64,000 bases of DNA from contig NC_068986.1 of assembly GCF_001194135.2 (NCBI RefSeq), positions 113,526,807 to 113,590,806 on the forward strand, in the 5' to 3' direction. The DNA comes from Octopus bimaculoides. Taxonomy: Eukaryota. The notes below the pieces were generated by a model. The model was not told the DNA's origin. It did not search any database and saw nothing but the letters and a program-made list of their open reading frames with translations. This document shows, in pieces, positions 11,691-24,850 of the stretch. Position numbers and translations under genes: made by a program. Positions within the stretch are counted from its first letter, which is position 1. Each line of letters starts with the position of its first letter.

Positions 11691-13139
11691 ACACATTTTC
11701 GCGTTGAGTGCAAAGGGTTCGTAGTTTCGAAATTCGATGCATATATCTTAGTTGAATAAACGTTTATTTAAGAATGTAATGTTATGTATTTTATTGAGCT
11801 ATGTTAAGAATCTTATTTTTATTCTGTTTTTAGGATGTTGCACCAAAAACAGAACAAAGAAATAACAAGACTATTGTATTTTATTAAAAGACTGGCAAAT
11901 TATAGCAACGGAATCTACTCGCAATACGAGCTAAACATGTGCGTTAATCCAAGAGATCTTAAAAAATAAAAAAAAAAGAAGCGAGGTTAAATGTGGATCT
12001 CGAAATTGGAAGCAACACGTTTGTTAAACAAAACGTTAGCGTAGAACATGATGAAATTCAGGACAAACGTCTGCGGTGACAGCAACCATCTGACGACTGT
12101 TCTTGAACCAAACGCACCAAATATATCTCGGGTGATTGGAGAAGTAAATGCAGTACTGTAAAGACACAATGGCTAATTACCTCAAGGTAGAAAGTTAAAG
12201 AAATAAAAGAAGTATAGTTGAAAAATGGATTCAAGAGCATCAGGGTTCGAGTCCTCATTGGTCCAGAACTCTGAAACTAATGAAATTACTTCTTGTTAGT
12301 AAAAATATGTAGATTCTAATTGCCATTATATGAATTAATAAAGTTTATTTGAAACTACATTAATATTTATGATTAAGGACTGTCAATGAGTTTATTGGGG
12401 CATACGAGTGTGTTTGTGTGTGGGTGAGTGTGTGGCATGTAATCTTACATATGTATAAATGCCAGCGCCCAACACCCTGGGGGCCTTCAGTCACACGGTT
12501 GCTTCTGTTAAATATTAATAAGCAAATACATATACTCATATTTTGAGTTCACTTTTTTCCTGTTTGCATCAACATACTAGTATATATNNNNNNNNNNNNN
12601 NNNNNNNNNNNNNNNNNNNNNNNNNNNNNNNNNNNNNNNNNNNNNNNNNNNNNNNNNNNNNNNNNNNNNNNNNNNNNNNNNNNNNNNATATATGTGTGTG
12701 TGTATATATATATGCATACACAGATACACACATATTTCAATGTACATGTCTTTGTGTGTATGTGTGCATATTTATGCATGGATGTATGCATAAGTATGTA
12801 TGCATGTATATGAATGTATTTTTTCACACAACACACACACTCACACGTATACATACATACATACGTACATTAAACATTCATGTATACATATTTGTGTTCG
12901 AGCGTATGATTGTGTGTGTGTGTGTGTGTGTGTCTGTGTGTGTGGGTGTGTGTGTGTGTTAAGCACAGGTTATGTCATTAGGTGCAGCTGAATCAATATA
13001 ACAAACTCTACACAAAACAATGTTTGGTTTTGACAAAAGATTTTCACTAAAGTGTAAGGGTAACACTCGTTGATAACACTAATATAAAATACGGCCTTTA
13101 TATAATAACGATAATGATATTAGTCACTCTGTTACAACT

Positions 13140-13166
13140 GCCAATTATAAATACTACTACTACTAC

Positions 13167-13214
<48 letters not shown>

Positions 13215-13587
13215 CAACAACTATAGTCATAATAGAAATCATGGTAATAATAATTGTTATAAGAATAGTAGTAGTGGTTGTAAATATAAAAATAATAATA
13301 ACAGCAATAATAACAATAATAATAATTGCAATAATTTTGGTTATAATAGTAGTAGTAATAGTAGCGCTGGTAGTATCATTATTGTTTGTTTTTATCTTTT
13401 TATGTTTTTTTTTTATTTTATAGCTATTATTGCTATCATTATTTTTTTTTTGTATAAAATAGTAATATTTTATATTTTTATCAATAATGTTGTCTATTGA
13501 TAGTGTTGCTCTTGATGTTAACAACTTTTGTGGAAGTACTAAATTCTATGATGATACTGGTGGCGTTGGCAATGATGATGATAGTGA

Positions 13588-13620
<33 letters not shown>

Positions 13621-13735
13621 TGACGACGGCGATTATGACTATGATGATGATGACGACGATGACATGGCGGGGAGAGAATGAAAATTGTGGTCTTGATGTC
13701 GTTGATGATGATGACGACGATGACATGGCGGGGAN
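13140..13735. repeat. (AAT)n, (GAC)n and (GAT)n low-complexity tract
   Basis: Directly visible. A ~45-bp unit ending GACATGGCGGGGA is duplicated just before the gap. Confidence 0.9.
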
Positions 13736-14162
13736 NNNNNNNNNNNNNNNNNNNNNNNNNNNNNNNNNNNNNNNNNNNNNNNNNNNNNNNNNNNNNNNNN
13801 NNNNNNNNNNNNNNNNNNNNNNNNNNNNNNNNNNNNNNNNNNNNNNNNNNNNNNNNNNNNNNNNNNNNNNNNNNNNNNNNNNNNNNNNNNNNNNNNNNNN
13901 NNNNNNNNNNNNNNNNNNNNNNNNNNNNNNNNNNNNNNNNNNNNNNNNNNNNNNNNNNNNNNNNNNNNNNNNNNNNNNNNNNNNNNNNNNNNNNNNNNNN
14001 NNNNNNNNNNNNNNNNNNNNNNNNNNNNNNNNNNNNNNNNNNNNNNNNNNNNNNNNNNNNNNNNNNNNNNNNNNNNNNNNNNNNNNNNNNNNNNNNNNNN
14101 NNNNNNNNNNNNNNNNNNNNNNNNNNNNNNNNNNNNNNNNNNNNNNNNNNNNNNNNNNNNNN

Positions 14163-14199
<37 letters not shown>

Positions 14200-14229
14200 A
14201 TGTATGTATTATGTATGTATGTATATGTT

Positions 14230-14445
14230 TGTGTGTCTATGTTTGTCCCCCCAACATAGCTTGACAACCGATGCTGGTGTGTTTACGCCCACGTAACTTA
14301 GCGGTTCGGCAAAAGATACCGATAGAATAAGTACTAGGCTTACAAAAAATAAGTCCTGGGGTCAATTGGCTCGACTAAAGGCGTTGCTCCAGGATGGCCA
14401 CAATCAAATGTTGAAAGAAGTAAAAGAGTAAAGGAGTAAAGAGTA
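14230..14445 (+). mobile_element. SINE family B, 3' half
   Basis: TTTGTCCCCCCAACATAGCTTGACAACCGATGCTGG..CGTAACTTAGCGGTTCGGCAAAAG..GTAAAAGAGTA tail. Confidence 0.75.
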
Positions 14446-15674
14446 TATCAGAAATATGTTGTTTTTTTGTTTGGTTTTTGCTTGTTATTTTCTATACCCT
14501 GGCAGTGCGAGGAAGACTAACAGTGGCCGGAAGAAAACGCCTGAAAATGGAGGCAATGATTATGTAGGCGTGAACAACTTTTAGCATAAGAAGTAACCGA
14601 AATCTAACCAACAATACACAGCGTTAGAAGCACCGATCCTGAGTTTATATTTGCTCTTCTAATGGTCATCTTGTTTTGTGCAGGTCATCTTTGTTTTATG
14701 AATGGGACCTAAGTGATACTCCAGTCGAGGTATCTTATCGATATCCAGGCCCGATCAGATCTGCTTCCCGTTACGAGGAGCTATCTGAAATCAGAACGCG
14801 ATGAGCCGATCTGGGTGGCCTCCACAAATGCCCACCCACAACAATCTAATGACTTCTAATAGCCCTTTTCCAGCACCTTTATCTTCAACACGATCGTTAA
14901 CGCCACCGCAACTAGTAAAACATTCATCTCCTTTATCTGTCTCACAACTAACGTAAGGGCCCTCTCTATTTCTAAACACGGCTCTGAATCGGTACGCGGT
15001 ATTCACCGATATTTTAACTAAGATACCAGGGAGACAAAACTAAATACCACAAGGCATTATATCTCATGCTTTAACAACTCTGCCTGTTCCCTATCCTCAT
15101 AATACTGCTTATTCTATATCATGTACATGATATACCAGCACATCATCCACCACCAACAATACCGCCGCTACAGACTCCATCACCACCTACAACACCACCA
15201 CCACCACCGCTACTACTAGTACTATTATTACTACTACTGCTGCTGCTGTTAATCCTACTACTACTTAATAGCAACACTACCATAACCATCGACGTAGACC
15301 CTCATACAACCACAGTAACAACATCAACGCCGTTACAAATACCATTAAACGAAAAGGAGAGCTGCAATTAGGTCGCAAGAACTGCTAGAAATATCACCCA
15401 AATTGCCCCTTACAATAGTAAAGTATTTCTGAATATTGAATAAAGGGTTGGTCATATCCGGAATCGCTTTTATTATATTTTATCTCGACTATCGCTTGCC
15501 AAAAATTAAACAAAACGAATACCATTATATTTAAATACAAGTAACGTAAAACAGTAATGATTCTAAAAGCCTGTATCCCAGCCATATAACAACTTTATCA
15601 CAAGCAACTCTACCACCGCAACAAGTCATGTATCACTACAAGAAACAGTGCGAATGTTTTACCACTTAAGAGGA

Positions 15675-15850
15675 GGGTCTAAGTCGATTGCATTGACATC
15701 AGTACTTGACTGGTACTTAATTTATCGACCCCATGATGATGAAAAGCAATGTCGACCTCGGAAGAATTTGACCTCAGAAATAATATGTCGAACGAAATGC
15801 CGATAAATACTCTGTACGATATCATACCGACTCCAGCAGCTCGCCACCCT
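15675..15850 (-). mobile_element. SINE family A
   Basis: Reverse complement of the GGCGAGCTG..GTCGAC..GGGGTCGATAAATTAAGTACCAGT pattern. Confidence 0.6.
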
Positions 15851-15999
15851 ATCTTCATTACTCAATTACAATATAATACGAGTAAGTTTACTACAGTCTC
15901 AGGCCGTACTGAATTCTTAAAAAATGTTTATTTCAATACAGTTCTATATTAAAGAGATGAGGAAGCATTTACATCATTTACATTATTTACATTTGACAG

Positions 16000-16790
16000 A
16001 TTCGAGCGGTTCCAAGCAGTGCTGTTTTCTGCAAGTGCTCCACCCTTATTGCAGCCCCTAGTTGTTCCACGGAATTCTCGAGATTTTTGCTCACTGTTCC
16101 CAGGGCTCTGACAATTATTGTACTACTGCTACCTTTTTCATCGACAACAATTGCTTAACCTCCCAAGCTAACCTGTCATATCTATCGACTTTTCTTACTT
16201 CCTTATCGCATACTTTGTTGTCAGCTGGGCATGCTATATAGTTTGTTTTCTTCCTCAATTAAGACTATTTCTGGCTTGCTATTCTCTATCTCATGGTCGC
16301 ACTGAATCATAAAATCCCATAGAATCTTTTCATTTCTGTTTTCGACGATGCTTCCAGTTTGTGGTCGTACCAATTTTTCGCTGTCAAGTCCATACTTGCT
16401 GCAAAGTGCCCAAATGGACAAGCCTAGCTATATTGTCGTGGCTATATTGTCTCTTATATTCCTTCTGGGCTAGTGTTAGTCTGCGCATGTACTCCACCTT
16501 AAATCATTTTGTTATTTCATTCTCCTTCAATATATCCATTTCCAAATCCCCAATTTCTTATAGCCAGTCTCTTCTATCTGCTTCATAACCTTCCTCCGAC
16601 AGTATCGTTACCTCGTCCATACATTTGATTCTGCCTCTTTTCAAGTGTAGCACACCACACTTCCTCAGTCCGAACTCTATTCTGATATCAGCACTGAAGG
16701 TATACACCGTATCAACGAGGGAACTGACTTGGGCTTCATCTTTACAATAAAGTTTGAGGTCATCAATGAATAACAAATAGCTGACTACAA
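16000..16790 (-). mobile_element. R4/Dong-type non-LTR retrotransposon fragment (RT C-terminus joined to RLE endonuclease), internally deleted
   Basis: LFIDDLKLY..EFGLRKC (RT), HDNIARLVHLALC, KILWDFMIQCDHEIENSKPEIV, ALGTV..LQKTALLGTAR (restriction-like endonuclease region). Confidence 0.85.
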
Positions 16791-16792
16791 TT

Positions 16793-16870
16793 ATTCACGT
16801 CATTGCTTGGAATCGAACTGGGAATCTTGGGGTTAGTTGCCCGCGCTCTTAACCACTACGTCATATGCCT
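16793..16870 (-). mobile_element. tRNA-like SINE head, family C
   Basis: The minus strand reads GGCATATGACGTAGTGGTTAAGAGCGCGGGC..CAGTTCGATTCC, with A and B boxes but no acceptor-stem closure. Confidence 0.55.
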
Positions 16871-16896
16871 ACGGGAATAATAATAATAACAACAAC

Positions 16897-16949
<53 letters not shown>

Positions 16950-16954
16950 GTAAA

Positions 16955-17047
16955 CATAAGAGCAGCACAGCAAACCACAGCACATACCCAAGGCGCACAG
17001 AGCTGCGCTCGGTAGTGAAGTGAAAGCACGTTATAAAAATAAAACTA

Positions 17048-17050
<3 letters not shown>
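16955..17050 (+). mobile_element. Short retroposon 3' end embedded in (AAT)n
   Basis: A ~95-bp unique segment ending AAAACTACTG-(AAT)n, flanked on both sides by (AAT)n. It resembles a LINE 3' UTR I recall from octopus. Confidence 0.35.
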
Positions 17051-17121
<71 letters not shown>

Positions 17122-17171
17122 CATCGAAAATTATCTTGGGAATGACAACCCAGGTTCGGAATTTTTCCAAC

Positions 17172-17216
17172 ACACCTGATGAAGGCTGGAGGGTATATCA
17201 GCCGAAACGTTGTGTT
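17172..17216 (+). ncRNA. Minimal type I hammerhead ribozyme motif with intact core, within a Penelope-like pLTR fragment (~17120-17262)
   Basis: ACAC (stem I) - CTGATGA - A - GGCTG..CAGCC (stem II) - GAAAC - GTT - GTGT (stem I'). Stem III is the palindrome AACGTT. Confidence 0.7.
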
Positions 17217-18529
17217 AACAACAAACAAGATGAGGACAAATGTCCGTCAAATGCAAATAATGTATCTTTATTTCAAATTAGGACGTCCTGAGAAAGAGTT
17301 GACAATCTGGAATCTTGTGTCAGGTTGTTTTGATCGAATATTTCATCAAGAAACTTGCATCTGGGAATATAGAGACTGCACAGAAGCTCACAGGTCGGGC
17401 TGTATTGTATGCGTTCTCCTTGTGATGCTTTGGATATGACTGAGACTCTCTCGAAACGTACAAAAGTAATTCAATATCAAAGTAGTTCAGTTTCTGGAAC
17501 AAAGAACGTTCAGCGTTGAAACCGACGTAGAAACAGTCAAATGCCCTACACTAAAGAAAACTATCGCTCCCAACAACTACATGACGCTACCAGCTCAATC
17601 ATTACATGTATTACTTTTACCACCAGCTGCAGAAAAGGTTGCACAAACAGAGAGTCACAAACAACACTAAACAAATCCTACGAGAGTCTCACTTCAAAAT
17701 CCCGCACTCTGAAAAGCCTGGTAACTAAATATCCACCATAACACGCATGACCTTCTTCAAAATGGCCATGAACTTTTGATATTTTAATCTTAGATAATCT
17801 GAGACTGATGAAAATTAAACCTGGTGATCATGGGTGTGAAGATCTCAATGGGCCTCAGCCACGTGAGCATAGATATTTAGTTACCACTCAGCAAAAGAAA
17901 CAAGACAACTGATGAGGGACAAAGTAGATATAACACTTTATTAATTCATTCATTATTAAAGACACGGGAAATATGAAATAAATGATATTCTGTAGTTATT
18001 GAAAGCGAAAGAATCCCGGATGTTCATGGGGCACAGAAAGGGCCTTCGTACATAAGTAGCATGTTAAGGCATGACTTGATCAAAATAACAAAACATAAAA
18101 ACAATAGCAACATTAAGAAGAATAAGATAACAGCATAACAACCACAACATCACCAAATGTACAACTGATTATAAGACATCGAAACTATATTTAAATTGAA
18201 TGTGTCCCATTAGCAACAGCCACAGCAATACTTGCAACACACGTCTAAGACAATCGCAACCACCACTACCACAACCACTGCATTTATACCAGAACCAACT
18301 TCGAAAATACAAATTGTACGACGATAAAAGCCACTACATCACAAAACACTACCACCATCCCCACCACCGCCACAGTAGATTCACAAGAATCAACTCTACA
18401 AGTGAGAGTTGTAGAAGATCAACAGCTTCTACAATAAAACCGCCGTCATCACTAGCACAACTCGCTCCAGTTCCACGCAAGAGCCATCTCCATCTTCAAC
18501 GCCGCCGTCACGTTTAGCACCACCACTAA

Positions 18530-18890
18530 AGCCAACGCCACCGTCAGCACCACCAGCATCGCCACACCAGCAACACAAACACGTTTAACACCACGAGTGG
18601 CACCACCACCACCAACACCACTACTAACGCCAGCACAGCCAGGACCACCACCACCACCACCACCACCACCATCGTTACTGCTACTAACACCAACACAGCC
18701 ATGACGACCACGACGAACACTACTACAAACAAAACCGCCACCACCACCAACAAAAACAACACCACTACTAACGCCAGCATAGCAAGGACCACCACCACGC
18801 TACTAACACCAACACAGCCATGACGACCACGACCAACACTACTACAACCACCACCACCACCTCCACCACCGCCGCCGCCACCACCATTAA
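18530..18890. repeat. (ACC)n-rich low-complexity tract with an imperfect ~150-bp-spaced duplication
   Basis: CACCACTACTAACGCCAGCA..CAACACAGCCATGACGACCACGAC occurs near 18615-18730 and again near 18760-18850. Confidence 0.8.
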
Positions 18891-20234
18891 GCATCTAGTA
18901 AATCAACAACAATAACAACAGCTATACCTACCAGTTATCTATTGTACTAAATCTGTACAATGGAGCAGCCTCAAGCTTTGCTCTCAACTTTCTTGTTTAG
19001 CATTTTTACTTCTTATTATTTTTCATATTTTTCTAATGTTTTCCCCAGTGTTTTTTTATACGCTGATTTTCTTCGTCTTTCTTTTTTGTTTCTTTATAGT
19101 ATGTTTTCATTGCTATTTTTTGTTTTGTTTTTGGAGGGGCTTGTTGTTAGTATATTTTATTATTATTTTTTTTATTATATACGCTGTTTTTTTCTTTATT
19201 TTCCTTTATATAGATTTTGATGGTAAGAAGCGATCCAACCTCATTCAGGAGATGTCATAATGTTTTATTTCAATACAACATTATTGACGTGGTAAACAAA
19301 TAGGAAAATTTCTCATCGATTATTTTGGCAGGGCATCTTAGGAGAAGATAATAGAATACGATGGAAAGGAGAGAAGAAGGAGGAAGAGGAGGAGAAGTAG
19401 AGGAGCAAGGAGGGTCGGGGGTGGCGGCAGCTAAAGAAGCAACAACAGATAACAAACAAACAGGAATAAAAAGTGCACTGTTTAACAGGAGATGTAGAGG
19501 GCGAAAACAATATGGCGTTAGGAATTGTTTTACTTTCAAAATGGCACATCACAAGATACTACTCATCTTTAGACAAACTTTCAGACATTTATTATGATCA
19601 TTATTATTATTATTATTGTTCAGTAGTTTTATTATTATTATTATTATTGTTATTATTATTATCGTTGTTATTGTTGTTGTTGTTGTTGTTGTTGTTAATG
19701 TTGTTTTTTGTTATTAATGTTGTTCTTGCTATTCTTATTAATGTTAATATTGTTGGAATGTTTTACTATAATTTTAGGGCACGGGATAGCAGAATCGATC
19801 CAGTTCCGGACAAAATAATGTTTGTAGAGTTTATGGAGATGCTCCTTATAGTGGTTGTGTTGGTGGTACCGGTGGAGGTTGATCGTGGTGATGTTTCTGT
19901 TGGTTTGATGATGGCAGTGGTGGTTGTGGTGGTAGCTTTTACAGTGAGATAAAACCAGTCTAACGTCACTAAAAACGCTTTCATATTGTTAGTTACCGTT
20001 CTTTAAGTCCCTAATCGTTTTAAGTTCTTTATAGTTTACCATTGTTTATCAAACTTCCAGAATCAATGGCATAATTGACAGTTCAATGCTGGGTTCAGTT
20101 CAAACGCCTTTTACATCCCAGTTCTTACCAATGCGGAATGAAACCTAAGAATTTCTCAAATAAAGTACGAAGTTGGTATAATCGACTATAATTTTCTCCT
20201 TGAGCTAAAGTAATAATTTTTATTCATTATTATT

Positions 20235-21295
20235 ATTTACTGTTTAACTTCTGAAATTAACCTGTCATATCTCTCGACGTTCCTTTCTTCTTCATCGCAT
20301 ACCTTGTTGTCAACTGGGCATACTATGTTATGATCCAAAATAGTTTGTTTTCTTTCTCAATTAAATCTGTTTCGCTTCTTATTCACTATCTCATGGTCGC
20401 ACTGAATCATTAAATCCCATAGGATCTTTGCATTTCTATTTTCGGCAATGGTCGCACCAATTTTGCTCTGTCAAGTCCATACTTGTTGCAGATTGTCGAA
20501 TTGACAAGCCCGGCTATATTGTCGCGGCGTGTCTTTATATTCCTTCTGGGATAGTGGCGTACATTGGCAGGTAACATGCCATACGGTTTCACCGTTTTGT
20601 CCACAGATTCTGCACTTATCACGTTCTGCTGTGCTGTCTATTCTGTATTTTATGTAGTTTGTTCTTAGTACTTACTCTTGTCCAGCACAGATTAGAGCCT
20701 CCGTTTCCGGCTTTAAATCACTTTTAGTCATCCACAGCCATCTTCTTTCTCTGTCTGTCTTATCTTCAATATCCCTGTGAAAATGACCATGCATTCTTTT
20801 CTTTACCCACTTATTTTCAGTTTCGTTCGTTTTCAATTGCTTGTGTTGTGCTTTATCTTTGCAATCTTTCATCCTATGCAAGCTTGACCTTCTTACTTCT
20901 AATGATGGCGGTTCTGTGGCATTTTTACATATCATGCTATGTTGTTTTCTTCTGCTCTAATGATGTGTTTGTATCCAATAAGTTCTCTTCCCCCACTTTT
21001 TCTGTCTGTGTCACGTTTTAGGTGGAGTGACCAATATCTAGTTAGCAACTCCCTTTTCGTTCTACTTAGCTGTTTAGTTCGTCTACTGTCCAAGCGATTA
21101 CCCTGCTCTGTATCTAGGGGGTGAAACCACGCAGGTGCTGATAGGTTCAATCTTATTCCGTCCGTTTATTTTCCATATTTTTTCCAGATGCCCGTACATT
21201 GACTCTGCGACTTTTCTAGTCAATAATTTCCACATAAGTGGCAAGCAGGATATCAGCCAGTAATTCTCTACCGTATTGTCTTTTTTCATGCTTTT
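20235..21295 (-). mobile_element. R4/Dong-type LINE fragment, internally deleted
   Basis: [16 protein letters not shown] (RT start), KSGGRELIG, MHGHFHRDI..WLWMTKSDLKPETEALICAGQE, DNIAGLVNSTICNKYG, KILWDLM. Closely similar at DNA level to the 16000 and 45040 copies. Confidence 0.85.
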
Positions 21296-21298
21296 TCG

Positions 21299-21373
<75 letters not shown>

Positions 21374-22289
21374 TTGTCGTTAGTAGCCTTGAGTGACGAT
21401 TTGAACAGAAGTTTAGATTTATCGTGATTTACTTCATTAAAAGAAGATTTCTAAAAGAAAATTGTTTAAAATTTGTTTCTGTCACCGTAAATAAGAATCA
21501 TTTGAGTTAAACACAATATTGAAACATAGAATGACATCGAATTACAAGGCTGAAGACGTTTCAACTCCAAACATCCATTTTACTGTGTTTACAACATAAC
21601 ACTACGTCGGAAAGCATTGTTTGAAAGTCATTTCACAGTGTAGATTGCGAATTCTAAGTTGAAAATTCTTGATTTCCAATTCGTTTGTTGAATATAGATG
21701 GATCTATAAAGGAGTGGAAGAAAGGCTCGAAATGATTATATGAGTTAATTTAAGTTTTATCTTTCTTCCAAATATGTAGAAGGAAATAGTAAGCATAGAG
21801 CCATATCTTATTGAAAATGATTGCCGTTAAAAATTATGAAATTCTTTGAGGTCTAACAGATAAGAGAGCGAAAGTGAAAACATTTGGCGAAAGAGAAAAC
21901 ATATAATTGAGAAACATATTTACATTTCATCTTACGGAATTCTTGAACGGTTTTTTTATTGCTTTAGGGATTGGATAGAAGACGAAGCCTTCAGTTATTA
22001 TGTCACAAAATTTGCAATATAATGCAGAATATTTGGGCAAGAACATTGGACATCAAACAGACTAGCAACGTGGTGAAAGAGAAGTAATATTAGAAGAAAA
22101 GAGAACATTGGAGTTGGAGAAAACTCTTGAATTATTACTCACAATTGTGTAATCCACAAAACAAATTCCAAAAACATTCAGAGGAGACATGACAAAGAGA
22201 CGTGAATGTTAACGCTAAAGTAGTGCCTCCCATCTTCCTCTATGCGTTGTTTAAATACATAGTTTTTTCTTTAGTTTCTTTGTTTTATT

Positions 22290-23060
22290 CAAAAGTGTGG
22301 GGCATATTGTCGGATGTGAGAAGACTGAAGGAGGCAATCTGATATAAAGGCAGGATGACAGAAAGACGATAAATAAGATATATGTTGATAATTACGGTTG
22401 ATCGGGCTTGGTTGTGAGGACGAAGAGAAATAATTGTTTGAACTGTATACAATTGTTTGTCATATACACACCAAGTGTGTTTATTTGCATGTGATTTGGT
22501 CGAGATATGAGTGCTCTGATGCCAGTGAAGGATTAAAAGACTTCAAAATATAAAAGTGTATATTGAGAACGATAGACAAGAGCCATAAGTGATCTTGAAA
22601 GTTTAAATTGGGGAGGTGACGGAGCTATAAATTGATTAGCAATGTTGCATTATGGGTAGATTTCTTAAGGGGAAATTGAAAGTGTTGCGAGTCAAGTTTG
22701 GTTCATCATGAGACAGTTACGTTGCTTCTATGATTTTAAGTGCAAATTGATATGATATCAACATTACAATATTGTGGAACCTCTTCTGTGTGTCATTCTC
22801 CGAAAGGCAGAAAGGAAGATTAATGAATCAGAGGAGTGTGACAGGTATCTCTTAAAATGTCAAATATTCTATAATGCTACTTTTATTGCCTGAGTGCCCA
22901 AGGATGAGGCAACCAAACATCAATGTGGATATTAAAATGATATGCAAGGCCTGTGAATTATACATGCAGAGTCAAATCAGTCCCCAAAGCACAGAATCCT
23001 TATAGGTAACATCCAACTCAAACACAGGAAGAATTACAATTAAATGGTACTTGCATTATT
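22290..23060 (-). mobile_element. Decayed CR1/Jockey-like RT C-terminal half
   Basis: Remnants of G-V-P-Q-G-S-V-L-G near 23000, NLNFQDH near 22600 and RP..M near 22500. Many indels. Confidence 0.4.
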
Positions 23061-24818
23061 CCTGGGATAATACATTTTCCGTTACACTTAGCGCATGCGT
23101 GAAATAGTTGAACGTGCGAAGAAGAAATTCCTCAGTTCCAACAGTCACAGCCACCATATTGAAACAAATCTTTGTCATTCATAGTTCAATCATTTTTCCA
23201 CACATAAGTATCACAAATATGTATTACCCGACTTAGCTCGTCGCAAATTACAATAGGCATTAAAGAACAAGATTGAGGTCATTAACGTAGGTTCGCGTTC
23301 TCGTTCAGAATCCCCTTGAATTCAGCAAATGGAGTATTTCCGGATCAGATGCTTCCTACGCAGAAAAATTCTATTTCTAAAACAACATTTCAAAGCCATG
23401 TGGAAGAAATTAATTGACCAAGTGGAAGCCAAACGTACAAATATATCCATGGGCACTCTCTATCTCCCTCTCTTTCTCTCTCTGTATATATATNNNNNNN
23501 NNNNNNNNNNNNNNNNNNNNNNNNNNNNNNNNNNNNNNNNNNNNNNNNNNNNNNNNNNNNNNNNNNNNNNNNNNNNNNNNNNNNNNNNNNNNNNNNNNNN
23601 NNNNNNNNNNNNNNNNNNNNNNNNNNNNNNNNNNNNNNNNNNNNNNNNNNNNNNNNNNNNNNNNNNNNNNNNNNNNNNNNNNNNNNNNNNNNNNNNNNNN
23701 NNNNNNNNNNNNNNNNNNNNNNNNNNNNNNNNNNNNNNNNNNNNNNNNNNNNNNNNNNNNNNNNNNNNNNNNNNTATATATATATATGTATATATATATA
23801 TGTATATATATATATAATTGTGTGTATGTGTGTTTGTGTGTGTGTGTATGATGTATGTATGTATATATGTATATATATGTATATGAATAGAATCAACAAA
23901 TGAGATCCAGAGATGCTCAATATAGAAAACAGACGCGCTCAAATGATTTGAGTATACACTCCAAAATCTTGAAAGAGTACTAGGTCCCCGGGGTAAACAG
24001 TACTCTATAAGAGGAATCTAGGTGAGCATATATGGAGACAAAGATGTCAATAAAGAAATAAAACCGCTTGGGAATGATGGATATATAGAATATACTTACA
24101 TACATTGAGAGAAATGAAAGACTGAAAATAGTCAGGTTATGAACATTAATGAATAAATATATAGATATATTAACAAAATACAAAGACAAAAAAAAAACAT
24201 CTTAATTGTGAAGGCAAGGCATCACAGGTCCAACAGATATTCCTGGGTTCTCGGAATGACGTCATATTGGTAGCTGTAGTTCGCAACAAGTTAAGTATAT
24301 GCAGAGCGTAGTGGAAGCATATAAACATTAAGTAAATCCAGCCTCCCTCTTCAGGATGGAGAGATAGCCATCTCTATTTACTTGTATATATGTATGAATA
24401 TTTTATTTATCTAACACAAGCAGTTTTGTTTATTTGTATCTTCATCTTTTTCTGTATACATGTATGTTTGCATGAAAAGGACAATAGATATTTATATACA
24501 TATGTATAAATATATACATATGTACATAGACATTTATATATATATATATATATATATNNNNNNNNNNNNNNNNNNNNNNNNNNNNNNNNNNNNNNNNNNN
24601 NNNNNNNNNNNNNNNNNNNNNNNNNNNNNNNNNNNNNNNNNNNNNNNNNNNNNNNNNNNNNNNNNNNNNNNNNNNNNNNNNNNNNNNNNNNNNNNNNNNN
24701 NNNCTATTTCTAATTTGGTGCGTAGCGAAACAATTATAGCTGACTATTTGATTATAATTATGTACATAATTATAGAATGTGTGTGTGTGTGTGTGTGTGT
24801 ATGTGTGTGTGTGTGTGT

Positions 24819-24850
<32 letters not shown>

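Noticed and set aside
16793-16870. tRNA gene calls for SINE heads (also 1485, 7625, 53499)
   Set aside because: A and B boxes are present, but there is no complete cloverleaf and each continues into a SINE body or repeat.
18200-19990. Ser/Thr/His/Leu/Val-rich ORFs suggesting mucin or membrane proteins
   Set aside because: They are translations of trinucleotide low-complexity tracts that read open on both strands.
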